Under the pieces are notes generated by a model that was not told the origin of the DNA, did not search any database, and saw nothing but the letters and a program-made list of their open reading frames with translations. The position numbers were made by a program, and so were the translations under genes. From the NCBI RefSeq assembly GCF_020745735.1, contig NC_083419.1:25690085-25754084 (forward strand): DNA of 64,000 bases. The letters are read 5' to 3'. Numbering within the stretch: the first letter of the stretch is position 1; each line of letters begins with the position of its first letter. The stretch is from Hemiscyllium ocellatum (taxonomy: Eukaryota). This document shows, one piece after another, positions 61,278 to 64,000 of this stretch.

Positions 61278-62340
61278 TATAGAACATAGAACATAGAAAA
61301 ATACAGCGCAGTACAGGCCCTTCGGCCCTCGATGTTGTGTCGACCGAAGCCTACCTAACCTACTCTAGCCCAATAACCTCCACATGCTTATCCAATGCCC
61401 GCTTAAATGAACATAAAGAGGAAGAGTCCACCACTGCTACAGGCAGGGCATTCCATGAACTCACAACCTGCTGAGTAAAGAATCTACCCCTAACATCTGT
61501 CCTATACCAACCTCCCCTTAATTTAAAGCTGTGTCCCCCAGTAACAGCTGACTCCATACGTGGAAAAAGGTTCTCACTGTCTACCCTATCTAAACCCCTA
61601 ATCATCTTGTACACCTCTATCAAATCTCCCCTAAACCTTCTTTTCTCCAATGAGAACAGCCCCAAGTGCCTCAGCCTTTCCTCATACGATCTTCCTACCA
61701 TGCCAGGCAACATCCTGGTAAACCTCCTCTGCACCTGTTCCAGTGCCTCCACATCCTTCCTATAGTATGGCGACCAAAACTGCACACAATACTCCAGATG
61801 AGGCCGCACCAGAGTCTTATACAACTGCAACATGACCTCAGGACTCCGGAACTCAATTCCTCTACCAATAAAGCCCAGTACGCCATATGCCTTCTTCACA
61901 GCACTATTTATCTGGGTGGCAACTTTCAGAGATCTGTGTACATGGACACCAAGATCCCTCTGCTCATCCACATTACCAAGTAGCCTACCATTAGCCCAGT
62001 ACTCCATCTTCTTGTTACTCCTACCAAAGTGAATGACTTCACACTTAGCTACATTGAACTCCATTTGCCACCTTTCTGCCCAGCTCTGCAACTTATCTAT
62101 ATCCCGTTGTAACCTGCCACATCCTTCTTCGCTGTTCACAACTCCACCGACTTTCGTATCATCTGCAAACTTGCTCACCCAGCCTTCAAGCCCCTCCTCC
62201 AGGTCATTTATAAAAATGACAAACAGCAGTGGTCCCAAAACAGATCCTTGTGGAACACCGCTAGTAACTGCACTCCAAGATGAACCTTTACCATCAACTA
62301 CTACCCTCTGTCTCCTTCCAGCCAGCCAATTCCTAATCCA
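61278..62340 (-). mobile_element. Young 5'-truncated CR1 LINE with an uninterrupted RT C-terminal frame (61360-62238)
   Basis: SGVPQGSVLGPLLFVIFINDL, SKFADDTK and LVRPHLEYCVQFWSP; (CATAGAA)n tail. Confidence 0.95.
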
Positions 62341-63892
62341 TATATCTCCAGTTCCCCAGTGTAAGACAGAGGAGCAATCTTGCCATTCATTCCAAGGTTC
62401 CTTTGAAAGACTCTACTTCTTTGGTTTCACACTTTCAAATATACCAGCATCCCTCATGGTCTCAAAAGCCTTCATTGAATCATACTTCTTACAGAAGTCA
62501 GCATATACTTTCTTCCTGGATTCACCTACTACAAACTTGACGGTACCAGCTGCTGCAAAAGCTAAAGTAAAAACCACAGCCAAGTGAAATCATAGACGTT
62601 TGGCCAATAGACCTCACATCACAGGCTTGGCAATCACAGCAGAAGACATGGTTTATCCCTTCTCCTCCCAGTACAAGCAAATATCCTGGTATATTGGTCA
62701 GCCAGGACTTTTCTGATTGATTGGAGTTGTTAATCTGGGCCAATGACATCGTAATCAATGCGGTCAACTTATTTCCAGTCACTCCAGATAGAATGAACCA
62801 TTTCAATGATGATACTGTTATGGACTGGGGAGAGAGGTAAGTTGAATTATTTTACTTTTCTGTCCATAAGTACAGGTGTCTTTTTAACTCTCAGTTGAAA
62901 GATGCTGTGGTGTGTTTCCTCAAAGGTTTTGTCTGTGAAGTCCAATCTTTAAAGTGACGCATAAAAAAAATCATTTTTAAATTAAGTCAGAGGTATGGTT
63001 GATTCAAACTTGGAGGATGACTGTTGTAACATGTATAACACACACATTCAAGGAAGGAAAAGGAAGAGTTTACAATTAAGACTAATGTAAAATCACCAAA
63101 GACATAAATATTACTTCACATGATTGCCTGAGTCCAGAAAGTTAGTGTCTAGTGAAGATTCTTTTTTCTGAAGGAGGTCAGACTCAGGTGGGTTCAGCTA
63201 GACATGGTATGAGATGCAAAATTCCTTTTAAAGTTGCTGAAAGCTCAGAAATATGAGGTTGGTAAACTCAAATGCAAGGTATTTTTCCAGGACATGGTTC
63301 CAAAGACGTTTACTTGTTTATGGGGCAGGCCTAGTTATTAACCTTGAGTCAGAATTACTGTTAATGGTCTTATAGACTCAAGTCACTTGGAAAGGTAAAA
63401 AGCAACGGGCATTTTGTTTCCAGGAAGTTAGCAGACTGAAACAAGGCTTCAGAAATTAATAGTAAAGCCTTTCAAAGACTGGGGGGAGTGTTGGTCCTGA
63501 GACATGGTTCTTGAATCAGACTGTTTCAATATATCAATTAGTATCAATCCCTCTGGCCAAGAAACCATTGCTCATCTGAGGAAACAGTTGGGGCTATTAG
63601 CATTTCAACAATTGTAAGGAAGGTTAAGGGTCCTCTTATGGTGCAGATGGAGTGTCCCCATCCCTGAGCCAAGAGACCTGGGTTTGAGTTCCCATCTACA
63701 CCAGAGGTGTGTAATAACATCTCTGAACAGATTGATTAAGGAAAATAAATTAAATTTAAAAAAAAATGTAGGGTCAACGACTCTCCCATTATTATCAGTC
63801 CACATTCAGAGATGGAAAGTCTACTTTTGTCTTTGTCTTGCTGTGTTTGCAAAAAGTATGAAATCACTCCTGGCTTGATCTGTTTAGAATTT

Positions 63893-63988
63893 GAGTCAAA
63901 AAGTGTGGCAGTGGAAAAGCACAGCAGGTCAGGCAGCATTCAAAGAGCAGGAAAGACGACGTTTTTGGCATAAGCCTCGCTTTCTCCT
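63893..63988 (-). mobile_element. PLE family A mini-element remnant
   Basis: ggaaaagcacagcaggtcaggcagcat...gacgtttttggcataagcc. Confidence 0.75.
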
Positions 63989-64000
63989 AATTGGAGTTTT

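Overview
Vertebrate genomic DNA from a cartilaginous fish. The HE1-type V-SINE, CR1/HER1-like LINE and Penelope repeats point to a shark, and an orectolobiform (bamboo/epaulette-type) shark is my guess. The window holds the linked myogenic bHLH gene pair on the minus strand. myf6/MRF4 has 3 exons (CDS 41046-40522, 40409-40313, 39903-39788; 245 aa). myf5 lies about 30 kb downstream and has 3 exons (CDS 11001-10495, 8755-8680, 8003-7819; 255 aa). Both sit in CpG-rich, TE-poor islands. The rest is mostly decayed retroelements: CR1, L2-like, RTE, Rex1, L1/Tx1, a solo LTR, SINEs and Penelope-like elements (PLEs). The most striking signal is about 20 short PLE-derived pieces, most carrying a minimal type-I hammerhead ribozyme motif (intact or decayed). 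They fall into two main families with different self-complementary stem III tetramers (ACGU vs AGCU). Many are 90-200 bp insertions with 7-13 bp target-site duplications (TSDs), and several are head-to-head palindromes that invert at or next to the ribozyme. Other oddities are a 185-bp segment upstream of myf6 copied twice into the neighbouring Penelope element, and a tandem trimer of Tx1 3' ends sharing one 5' junction. TE boundaries were read by eye and are approximate.
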